A stretch of DNA of 64,000 nucleotides, taken from positions 124,001-188,000 of the forward strand of contig JASANG010001546.1 in the NCBI GenBank assembly GCA_030248215.1, read 5' to 3'. Shown piece after piece: positions 27,531 to 38,772 of the stretch (positions within the stretch are counted from its first letter, which is position 1; the number at the start of each line of letters is the position of its first letter). Origin of the DNA: Enoplolaimus lenunculus (Eukaryota). The notes beneath the pieces were generated by a model that had not been told where the DNA came from, did not search any database, and saw only the letters and a program-made list of their open reading frames with translations. Made by a program: the position numbers and the translations under genes.

Positions 27531-29117
27531 ATACAGACAACGATTTCGAGTTCTAAGTTTCTACAAGCCGGTCATAACCAAAAAACCAAAAGCCTGCACA
27601 AAAATTTAACAGCAATTTGTGTAAAATTGTTTACTGTAATAAGCTGAATCTGAAAAACGAAAGAAAAGTAACTCACCGTTCTTGAGGCTATATTACCGTA
27701 GCGCTGTCAAACATTGATCATGGAAAGTGCGTACTCCACTGGGAGAACGAAAAAGCAAAATCTCAACGCCACTAATGCAAAAACAACCAAATATTATGAA
27801 AGGAAGACATTAAACCAATAAATATTACACGTTAGCATTACATACAAGCATTGTAGTACTACATATATTGTATAAGTACGACCAAGACATTTAAGATCAT
27901 TAGGTACATATGTACTTACGAGTAATCATTGCACGCACAACATTGTATTTATACTATTTTCACTTACTTCTAAAACAAACGAGAGAAAATGAAGTTATGA
28001 ATGGTGCAACACTGTGACACATAACAGTACATCATAGAAACTATAAATTGTTATATATCAATCCGCGGTGCATCCTTTAAAGGTTCAGTGCAGTTGTATA
28101 CCTATATAACCGTCAGACGTAGAGGTAGTGTCGCCTTTGTGATAACTCAAAAACAAAATTTTTTTGGACATGCTAGGTCTGGTGCCAGTATCCTCAAATG
28201 AGTATAGCACATATCACCAGCTGGTCATAGGTCTTGTATTGTTCGAACTAGTGAATGATAAACTTTGAAATTAAGCATATTTGCACTCGCTCAACAAATG
28301 AGTAATGTTAAAATCCGCAACTAAATTCGCAACTGAACTAGTCTGCTTGTTTGAAAATCTATTAATTGGAAATAGGTGCTACGCACAGGTTAGAACACAG
28401 CTCCAGGCTATAGTTAAAAAATGCAAACACGAACCAATAACACATATACCACAAAATCAAGTAGCTATATCACCGAGTAGTTAAATTATATCCACACTTT
28501 TTATGAATAGTAAGTGTGCAGAAAGTATTATGATACCCATTCAGGAAAAGAAAGCTCCTAAGTCCTAGAATTTTCAATTTTGCGTGCAAAAGTCCAAATC
28601 TAAACTTTTAAACTACAGACTTGTCACACATTTTATAAAGAACTAACGAACCAACCAATATTTAAACAATCATCACAGACGCAATTGCTGCCTGAAATAA
28701 CTTTCGGTCAATTCACAATAAATTCAATAATGCTTTTGTACTTCAATTGAACACAGACATCATTTGCTTGTAAGTTTAAATTCGTTATTACCCAGCATCA
28801 CATCATCGCCATTTAAACAAGGTTCCTTTACTAGCGGCAAAATGTAACAGTTCGCCCCTCCAGGGGTTACCAATTTGTCAAAAAATTCGATAAAAAAAGT
28901 TGTCTCTTTTCTGACTTAAGTCCAAAATAAGCTGAAGTCTGAGCCCGACTTTAGTATCTTCAATTGCTAAACCTCGACAGTCTACAAGCCTGTCTCTAAC
29001 TGATGATGGATTGCTATTAGCATTCCCTAATTTTAAACATTTAGCTAGTACGTGACAACGAAATTAAAGTTAAATTAAAGACTCATATTGGCAATTACGT
29101 AAAGCGGCTGTGTCCAA

Positions 29118-29863
29118 CAGGGATGGGCAATCTCGATCTCGATCTCGGCAAGTCTCGTGACTAGGATGGCCTCGGTCTCGGTCTTGGTCTCACTTTTTTC
29201 ACCCTCGGCGATTGCAAACCGAAATTAAAGAGGTGAAAAACGATAAGCAGTCACAAAAATTTTCCTTACATCGCAGCTTTGGCCCATACGTACTTGTGCA
29301 TTTCGCCTTCCAACACAGGCAGCGAACAATTGTGTAGCACCGCTACCTCGTTATAAAGCACTTTGAGAAACAGAATGATCCCTTCAGTTACACAAAATTC
29401 TATTTTTGAAAGCAAACTCAAAACGCTTTGATTTTATTGTGACAATGCACAAATAGTATTATGGGTCACCCACATTTATAACGTTACGATATGTTAAAAA
29501 GCTACCAAGCTATTCGGTTTGCCTGGAGCAAAAACAACACTATAGCTCTGGATTAGGGATTGTACCGAGGGTGTTTTGAGACAGTATGATTTGTAGCGAG
29601 CATCGTCGAAGGGAATGGCAACAGTAGCTAAGTGGAAAATAAAGCAAAAAACTTAATTTTGGCGGCGATTTATTAGTTTAATGGTATGAAGCTACAATTT
29701 AAAGCAGATAAAAATATTCAAAAACATCTCATATTTGTTTTCGGTACCGTTAAAAATTGACCGAGACCGAGACCAAAAGTCTCGGTCTCGGTACGTAAGT
29801 TGGGTCTCGGTCTCGGTATGTTGGATCTCGGTATCGGTTTTTGACCGAGACCGCCCATCCCTG
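29118..29863. mobile_element. hAT-like non-autonomous element (CAGGGATGGGC TIR, GGTCTC arrays)
   Basis: cagggatgggc ... gcccatccctg; perfect 8-bp TSD gtgtccaa; subterminal (cggtct)n at both ends. Confidence 0.92.
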
Positions 29864-30076
29864 GTGTCCAAGTTTTAAAACAAGCCAAATTTCGACAGAA
29901 AGAGAGGCTTCCTGCGTGTAATAGAGCATTTGCCTACAGATCCCCTTTAACCGTTTTTTTCAGCTACATAAGAAAGATGTCCTAATTCTTGACCACAGCA
30001 CGTTCGGGACGATTCCTTTCTCCGAGGTACTGCGAAGATACATGGTTTTTTCTTCTTAGTTTTTTCCGAAACATAT

Positions 30077-30148
30077 GGCCGCGCCGGGAATTAGACTTCG
30101 GACCTCTCGCTCGCGAGTCAAGCGCGCTACTCATTACGCCAGGCAGCC
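30077..30148 (-). pseudogene. tRNA-like sequence (CGC anticodon, Ala-like), probably a tRNA pseudogene or SINE head
   Basis: GGCTGCCTGGCGTAATGAGTAGCGCGCTTGACTCGCGAGCGAGAGGTCCGAAGTCTAATTCCCGGCGCGGCC (72 nt). The acceptor stem is 6/7 paired, with an A-box-like TGGCGTAATG and D-stem GCGT/GCGC. The B-box/T-loop is degenerate (GTCTAATTC) and the anticodon and T stems pair poorly. Confidence 0.65.
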
Positions 30149-30179
30149 GATGTTTTAATTTTCACTAACGCTGTACGTG

Positions 30180-30725
30180 CACGTGTATGTATGTCTTTTT
30201 GCATTACACACACTGTGTACATACATAGACAAGACAAGACAAGAAGTTTATTTGGACCGAAAGCACGACAAAATATGCATTTAGTATAAATAGTACAAAC
30301 ACAGCCAAGTTGACAAAATCATTGAATGTGTGCAATACACCCAAATAAAGGAAAAGGTTAGAAAGAGAGTATGCCATACTTATATCTAACGTGGCAAATT
30401 CTGTGATGAGTGCTGGAGGAAGGGGTTGATCCAAAAATGACAAATCACCAGTTTTAATTGTGATGAAGGTATGCTTTTAGGTCTACCTGTTTCAAAAGAG
30501 TTTTAAATGATCATACGCTCTTTGCCTCCACGAAGGGTTTATTTGAGACAAACTCTGGAAGTGAGTTCTAGACGTTAACTACTCTAAAACAAAATAAATG
30601 AGTTAAAAAATTTGTTCGAAACTTTCTTTTTTCGAGTTTCATAGGATGTCCTCCGGTTTGTGAGACGTTAGATAACTTGAATAACTTTGAACACGCATCA
30701 ATCTCCTCATTCAATATCTTATCTA
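30180..30725 (-). mobile_element. Decayed 3' fragment of a CR1/L2-clade LINE (ORF2 C-terminus plus putative 3' UTR)
   Basis: The C-terminal part (30454-30660) of the minus-strand remnant frame reads QTGGHPMKLEKRKFRTNFLTHLFCFRVVNV*NSLPEFVSNKPFVEAKSV*SFKTLLKQVDLKAYLHHN*. This matches the CR1-type C-terminal TRGH.KL...F..RVVN.WN.LP..VV.A.S...FK..L pattern, with two internal stops. A simple-repeat-like tail lies near 30180-30240. Confidence 0.8.
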
Positions 30726-30904
30726 CTGTAGTAAGTTTGGAAATGCTACACCACGCATACCAACACTACCTAGGCTGCCGTCAGCATTTGCTAGTCCGAT
30801 GTAAGTAATTTCCGGTCATCACCATAACCAACTTAGTTTCAACAGTTGAGATTTCGATTCGGAGCTGTAGTATTTTTGGTAAATTATAGAATTTTTTATT
30901 TTTA

Positions 30905-33900
30905 ATGGAATCAAAACGCATTGAAATAGAACAGTTGCTGAACAAAATCTATTCTCCAGATACTTCTGCACTTGACAGAGCGTCTGCTCATACGTTGTTA
31001 GATCAGTTTGCTGGTCACGAAGACACTAATGCTGTGCTTGGTACTGCTATTGTATTGTTGCAAGCGGACAATGAAATGTGCCGGCATTTTGCGCTACAGG
31101 TTAGGGTGAAGTAGGTTTTTATTACGTAACTGTTGCTAACTGTTTTTGTATTAGTTTTTTAAACTGATTGCGCGTGCTAATTACGTGCTTAGCAATGCTG
31201 TCCACCATCTTGGTCTCGATGTAATAACGGGTAATTTGAACTCATCATATCATATTACGTGTGAATATGTTAGTTCTATTTTCTGTATATATAGTATAAG
31301 TATATATAGTATATGTATATGTTCTAGACTATTGAAAACATAATCAAATTCAAATGGCCTGAACTAACAGTCGACGCACGACAACGTATCAAATCAGTGA
31401 TTATGAACAATGGGTCCAACTGCTTTGTTAGTTCAGCAGTAACACATTCATCATACATTCGACTACGTGTTGAGTCTATTGCCCGATGTGTTGTTGAAAT
31501 GATCAAAAAGGAATGGCCTCAGAATTGGCCAAGTTTACTAACGGAGTGTGAAAGTATGGCTTGCGTTCCTGGTACAAGTACAGGAACGTCTGCAGGAGCT
31601 GTTGTTGTACTAATGGCGTGGACACGACTAATTGAAGACGTATGTTTGTTGAGAACATTCGAAGACAAGCGACGCTCAAATGACTTGAAATTGGTCAGTT
31701 TATTTCTGTAAAACCGAGGTTATCTGTAGTCTATCGACGCAAAAAATACTCGTTATACAACTGAATGCGTTCTGGGCAGAAAAAAATACTCAGTATGATT
31801 TGCATTCTGGCGTCTGTTCTTGCTATTTAAGACTGTCTAAACTTAGGAAAATGTTTGGTTGTTTTTTCTGAAGTTGAATTGTTAACCGGTTTAGGTTTAA
31901 AGTTATCTGGATTATTGTCCGATTTTGTATGCTTTACAGAACAGATCTAAAAATTTCTTTTGACAAATTGCTCTTGGCCCTGTGAGCATTCAAGGATTTA
32001 GTTGAAAACATGGCTTCACGATTAAGGAAGATCTTCCTCTTGTCCAACAGTTTGGATTGTGTAATATATGGTTATTGCAAGGCTTGACCAGAATCTACTG
32101 TCTAATAACCGGAACCGGTTGGTCAAAACATGTCGATAAATGCAGGCTAGCTGTATTTATTTTGCAATACGCACACATTTACTGAAAGTGGTTACAAAAA
32201 GAGGCAAAGCGAAGTGTTCCGGTTCCATTTCGTGTTTATCATAATGAAACCGGAACCTGCTTAACCGAAATTGAATTTCCAGCCGAAACCAGGTTTATTT
32301 TTTTGTTTTTATGGCTTAAAAGATGCATACGGGTTTCTGATCAAGATATCTACGCAGTTAACTTCACAGTCGATCGAATTGATTTGTAATGCTGCACTTG
32401 AGTTTGCAAACGACGCTAATTTCATGACCGCGGAAGCTGGGTTAATTCTGTTGTCGCGTTTGCTCGAAGTCACGCCAAAATCTGCGTACGGAGATTGCGT
32501 TTGGTTTATACAATTATCAAAATTACTTTCGTGGAACAATAAAATGGATGCGAATAAGATGCGGCCTATCACCAAATTGGTTTCGGAAGTCCTTGTTGCG
32601 TTTAGTTATTCGACCAAAGGTGGCAAAGAAAGCGAACCGGAGCACGAATGTTTGATGGTAATTTTTGAACAAGAGTCGCTCACTCCTGTATTGGGATATA
32701 TCAGGTGGGCAGTCGCGCAAGAGTACGACGAAGTTAGGAGTGAAGTCGTTTGTAATTTGCTGTCGATGATTGATAATTTGAGTGACCGTTTGGAGTATAT
32801 TGACAAGCGTTTAAGTTTAACAGGGGAGGCAGCTCAAGTTCCGACGATGTTTGATCAATATATTGATTGCTTGTTTACTGTGGCAGTACATCCGTTTTTG
32901 ACTTACCGACAGTCTACACTGGGTACCATATTGAAAGTTTTGAAATATCGCCGTTTGTTAGAGAATGAAACGCTTATATCGATGATTTGTGATAGAGCTT
33001 TTGGGAGCTTAAAAGCTCTGCTTATTTTTAGATCATTTAGTGATCTAAGTAGCTCTGGTGTAGGGACCGAGCCAGAAGCTTCATCAGTGGTCGCTAAGTC
33101 GTATTTCGTGAACGGGTACGAAAGCGAAGAAGAGTACGCGGCAGAGTTTTACGGAGCTCGGGCAAAAGCAATTGCGATGCTTGGAGTGCTATTGGAGTAC
33201 AAACCTCAACGAGTCGTAACATTTTTGATTAGTTGGCTGGAGGAATTAGTGGTAAGGCAGGCAGAGGTAAATGCGAGCGAGCTGTTAGCGGTTGGCAAAA
33301 CATTAGAGCATGTAGTGCCTGGATTTGTCAATAGCCAGGCATATATTACAGGGTACCCTTCGAAAGATGTGTTCATCACAGCCCTTGACCGACTGCTAGC
33401 TATGTTTGACGTGTTTAGAGCCGATGGGAAGTTAGGACACTGTGAGCGTGTGTTAGATATGGTTTTGGTTTGGTTGCATTTTTGTTACGATCGACCCAAT
33501 GCGGCGTCTGCAGTGATCGAAAAGCATTTGAGTTGTTTAACGATTGGAACTGATGACGGTAAGTGCTCCCGGCTGTGAGTTATATTTTTCGGAACCGGGT
33601 TTTAAAAACAAAACCAGATATTTAAACTGAAATAGACTTTTAACTGGTTTGGAGGGAAAGAATTTGAACAATGGAGTGGAATGGATTACGTAAGTTGTTT
33701 TCTGTGAACAAGGCTTGTATATACTATATATAGCTGACTGACATCTTCTGAATTTTTGGCTGGTTTTTGGAGCTTAATTTTTTTAATAATTAATTTTGCC
33801 CAATAAAATTTAATTATATGTAATACAGTTTGAAATCAAACGTATCAAAATACAACGAAACGGTAAGCTAAAATTTCAGCAAAAACTTGAACGGCTAAAA

Positions 33901-36900
33901 ATAGTATTTGTGAAAGCAGCGGATCTTTAACTGTTGAGACACTTTAGTAACCGTCTTACATTGAATTTGTACATTGTACTTTGATGTTTCAAAGCGGTTT
34001 CCCGTACCAAATCTCCGTTTGAGGGAGAGTAAGATATTTTTCGATATTTTATGTAGAATTTGTAGGATTGTTTTTGGGTAAAATAGGGGTTTTCTTTTTC
34101 TAAAAACTTGCTGAAATTTATTGAAAATGTTCTGGAAAGGCGAACTCAAATTTTTGTTTAATTTAGATCCGAAAGCACGTGATGTTCGTCTTACCGCAGG
34201 CCACCGTCTTATTCGAGTATCAGTGAGTCACGCTCTGCTTTTATTGCCTTATTTTGAGCTGTTACATAGTGCTTTTACACAAATCAACGATCCTCAGTAT
34301 TATTTGTTGAAAGCGTTTTTCGTTGAAGCACTGATTGTTTTGGGTGGAAAAATTGTTGATGACGTGATGTATGACGAATTCATTTCGAAGCTGGTCCCGT
34401 CGTTTGTCGTTCCCATGACATCAGAGCCAATCATATCGCAGCTTGGAAGTACACAAAAGTTTGCTGAATATATTGGTTTGACTCAAGCGGCCAGTTTGTT
34501 TCTTGATGAAGCTACAGGATCAGGGACAATGTTTGCCGAAAGAAGGTTTCAGCTTAGGTTTGTTGTAAGCTCATTTGGCGCAGTTGCAAGGCGATGGACT
34601 GGGTATTATGGTGGCACCGGGCAGGGGACGCCTAGTTATCCGGCAGGACTCCAGGGGGATCTCAATCAGGAGGAAGCAGAGGTGAACAAGCGTGCACGAC
34701 ATAAGCGGAGAAGTCAAATTCTCTTCGTTAGGTTGCGAGAGGCGTTGCCAACGTTGTTTGCGCTAGCTAGGTGTTTGAATGGGCTTTACGCTGCGGGTAA
34801 TATGACACTTATTCACCAAACGTATGGGGTTGCAGTGCTCGATATTCGACCGTGGGAAAAATCTCGAATTGCCGGAGGTTCCGCTGGTAGACGCTCAAAC
34901 GAAACGGAATGCCAGGATGTGGCCCTTCTGGATTCGGAAGACCAACAAACAAGTGTAGGTGGGACAAGGACCCCACAAGATTTTATGCGATCGTATTTGT
35001 GGCGTTTGACTGAAGTTACCTCCCAAGCGATTGGGTATTTAGTGGCCGATTTGGAAACGATATTTTGGGAGCTTCCTCAGGCAGCCACCTACATTCAAGT
35101 TGGACTACTGGCGGACCTGGAATATTCAATTGACTATAGGCTTCGAATGATGATAAGATGGTGTCTAAGGGTTTTGGTTCGTTCGATAAGTAGGGAACGT
35201 TTGGTTCATGGAGCTATGCTTGAACCATTTGGTACGTTTCTATGTTTGGTGTTTACTCGGCTTAACTCAAATTGGAGCACGATTGGTAAAGTTGACGAAA
35301 CTAGCGCTGGTAGCCGGGGAGATAATATTCAAGAGTGTTATTTTGATGAAATGACACGTGCTTTGTCACGGGATGTCTTCGATACTGTGGCAATGATGTT
35401 TGTTGCGCCGACTACTAAAGGAAAGCAGAGCGATGATAATTGCAAGCTGGTGAGCGAAGGGCAGGGATGCGGCAGTCTTGGTTCACCAAGACCTAAACTT
35501 AGCAAAGCAAACATAATACTGTGTCTCTCCGCCAGGGGTGGGCGGTCTAACCGATATCGCATATTCCCGATGGAATGCATAGGCTTTTGGTTACTTTCTT
35601 AGGTTAAAGTTTTGCGTTCGTAAATGCAGGATAGGAGGGGATATGTTTTTGAGGCATTTCAGCAATATGATTTGAGGACTCTATGGTACTTTCACTGAAG
35701 TCTAGTCGATATCTTTCTGTGCTTAAATATTCTGTTGTTACTCTTTGTGGCTCGTGCGTTAATTTTTGTAATTCGACGTTCATCAAAATCATTAATGCTG
35801 TTTGCGTGTGTGCATTTTCACTGAATATTCCACTCACAGTACACCTTTATTTTGGTTTGCAGTAAACTAGTTTTCTAGTCGGAATTTTTGCATTTTCATC
35901 TTTGCGTTGTAACGTTGTAATTTTACGGATAATTGTTAAGTTTACACCCCACTCCGCGTTAGGCGTTCGCTTATTCTCACGTTCTTAATATGTGTTTGAC
36001 TAAATAAACATTTTAGGATCAGGAGACGCCACAGGAAGACGGTGATTGTGTAATGATGAATTCGGAATCAACTACTGATAACATTGAACAAAAGCGTGAG
36101 CTGATATCGCCACTTGGGGATTTGATTTTAAAGCATCCGGTTTGTTTTTTATTTTTATTTTGTTTAAATTGTGGGCGGGTCATGTCGGTAGTTTTTTGTT
36201 AAATGTTTTGAGAGAAGTCTGTAATAAAGTGTCATTGGAATTTTGTTGTTCGATTTTACGGTGCAATGTTTGGATTGAATTCGTTGGAATATGACCGATG
36301 GCATTGTACTTCTAATGTTGGGCGTATAAAATAATCCGTTTCACTAGGACGTGTTGATTTTCACAAAATCCGTGTGTTCAGGGTTCAGCCATTTGTTTCT
36401 GAGTCAGAGTTTTCAATTTCTAACTTGTAGCACCAGCATAAGGCAAAATATTGTATTTTGTTTGGTTATTCATTTATCAGGAATATTACAATGTTGCTAT
36501 TTCTGGCATTTTCAACGCGCTTTCATGGCCGGATACGCACACTTTGCTCAAAATTGTGAAAATTGTTCCTCCACTGTTGCAATATATTGTTCACACGCCA
36601 AACAGCAATCACTGCGACGAAAATGCAATTAATACAATTGTATGCAGCGCATATTTTGCAATACTTAATGCATTCCAAGTGCACGGTGAACATGAACACG
36701 TTCTGTCACAGCTGGTCACTCTCGCTTCGGATGCGTACATTTTTCTGCGTCCAAAATTTCCAGCCGTACGTGATGTTATGCTTCAAATTCCGAATATTTC
36801 TGAACAAAAATTGACACAATTTGAGCGAAAAAATATTACGACCATTGACCGTAATAATCTGAAGTCTGACGGGTCAAAAGCGGGAAATTTGCCAAAGAAA

Positions 36901-37137
36901 TTAGTGAATTCTAAGCCTGTAGTTGCGGCGAGGCTGCGAAAAGCAGATTTTCAACAGTTGGTTAGCGCAATTATTAATGAAAACATTGGACAGGCGTTTA
37001 GGCGTGACACGGCACGTTTGAAGCGGTATGATCTGCCGCCTGTTATGAAAAAGATTGGCCGGAAAAAGGAGGCCACGAACGAGGGTTTAGCTGAAAGTAA
37101 TGCGTTGTCGGCCTTGTTCGGAGGAGACCAAGATTGA
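30905..37137 (+). CDS. XPO5: Exportin-5 (importin-beta family pre-miRNA exporter); exons 30905-31099, 31328-31693, 32358-33558 (acceptor could be 32346), 34167-35449, 36017-36139, 36481-37137; about 1274 aa
   Basis: GT-AG introns with consistent phases (0,0,1,0,0). XPO5-like motifs: RHFALQTIENIIKFKW, ARCVVEMIKKEWPQNWPSLL, WTRLIEDV, ARDVRLTAGHRLIR, DYRLRMMIR, LGDLILKHP..FNALSWPDT, FQVHGEHE, YIFLRPKFPAVRDVMLQIP, NIGQAFRR...DLPP, and a C-terminal LSALF. Recognition from recalled family sequence. Confidence 0.9.
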
Positions 37138-37530
37138 GGTTATTTTGTTATTTTTTGGCTTATGTATATTAGTTTATGTTATTGTTTTATCTGTGTGTAC
37201 ATTTTTATTGTAGATTTCAAAACAATGGTAATATTGTTTAGAAATTTTGCTAAATTAGTCAGTTTAATAGTTGAGTTTTGTCGGCGGAACCATAAGGGTT
37301 GTGCTGTGTGACTGTATGCACGAACAATTTTAGCTAATTGTTTACTTCTCGTCGATCTACTGTTCACATATAGAGGTCATCAACAGTTTCGGTAGTAAAA
37401 TTTTACAGTTTTAGGAAAATTGTATTGTTCGGAGGTTTTAAATATTGATACTGTTTTGAAGTATAAATTGTCGGGATTTCTAAAACTGAGCCCCAAACCA
37501 AAATTTTTGACAATACTTGATAGGAGATCG

Positions 37531-37699
37531 GGCCCATGTATAGAACAGGGCCGGAACGTTTTCCGGAGGGGCTATAATAGAGTCAGTTTAAGCTTTAGAC
37601 TATTTTTACTTAGGCTTAGGCATAGGCGCATCCATAGGCTTAGGCTCAGGGTTAGGAATATGCTTATACTAATATTCCGGCCTTGTTCTATACATGGCC
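37531..37699. mobile_element. TTAGGC-array MITE family A
   Basis: ggcccatgtatagaacagggccggaac ... ttaggcttaggc ... ccggccttgttctatacatggcc. Confidence 0.88.
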
Positions 37700-38605
37700 A
37701 TAAGATTGTAACGAGATATTTGATTTCGGTTAACATCGGTATTCGTTTCCGATATAAAAATGATGGAAATGCTGTTATTTTTATGTTCAAAACTAGTTAT
37801 AAATCACATATATGTCGCAATTTTTCGTTGCAGATATGCTGTATTGGTTGAAACTGAATAAAATTTTAAATTCGTCCAGAACCATAAAAATGTTAAGGCA
37901 TCCGCCAAACCAGTTCAAAAGTAGGTGTATTTTTCCAAAAACTAAAGAAATCTGTGCTAGTTCTAAATAATGCTGATGTTCACGTTCAAACTAAGGCGGT
38001 TTGGAACAAGTTTGGTACGCATTTGAATAGCGAGTAACATTTTGTCTGCACGTTAATCTGCTGGCAAGTTTCAAAAATTAGAGTTGCCTGCTAGTTTACA
38101 TTTGATCAAAAATTTCAGTACGTGTTCTGATGTTATTGTCTTTATGCAAATATTGTTAACTTTTTTGTTTAGTAAATTACCCATATATAGTAATTGGAGC
38201 GCGTACTTTAATGTAGGACTTGGGTGCTAAACTGAGTCAAATTCGACTCCGCCATGAGTCAAACATGCGACTCAGTGAATCGAATTTGACTCTGCCGGAG
38301 TCGAATTCTGACTCAATTTGTGTAGTCCCGTAGAGCCTATTTCGGAGAGAGTCAATTTGACTGACCATTTTTTTGCTGTGTAAATGTCAGACCCAGTATT
38401 TAAGGCAGAGTTACGCGTATGTTATCCCGCAATTTTTTGTTTAAGATGTTGTGTAATATAAATTCATTCATAATGGTAAAAATTTCGGGGCGTTTGCCAT
38501 CTCTTAAATTTTAGAACGTCCTGTGAACAGCTGCATGCCATCATTACTTATCTATTTCTGTTTAATATTCGTTTAGGAACATCCGAATACAGGTTTCAAG
38601 CTGTT

Positions 38606-38772
38606 GCCCCATGTAATGATCAGGACCGGAACGTTTTCTGTAGGACTAGAAAACTAAGCTTAAGCATTAGAGTATTTCTTGCTTGGCTTAGGCTTAGGAA
38701 TATGCTCATTCTTTGGCTTAGGGTTAGGAATATGTTTATAATACTGTTCCACCCCTGTGCTTTGCATTGGCC
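38606..38772. mobile_element. TTAGGC-array MITE family A
   Basis: Same TIRs and interior (ggactagaaaa...aagcttaagc...ggcttaggcttaggaatatgct). Confidence 0.85.

Noticed and set aside
30077..30148. Functional tRNA-Ala(CGC)
   Set aside because: The T-loop lacks TTCRA, and the anticodon and T stems are poorly paired.
35450..35602. Extension of the XPO5 ORF to the stop at 35602
   Set aside because: The donor CTG|gtgagc at 35450 joins in phase to exon 36017, which restores XPO5-like sequence.
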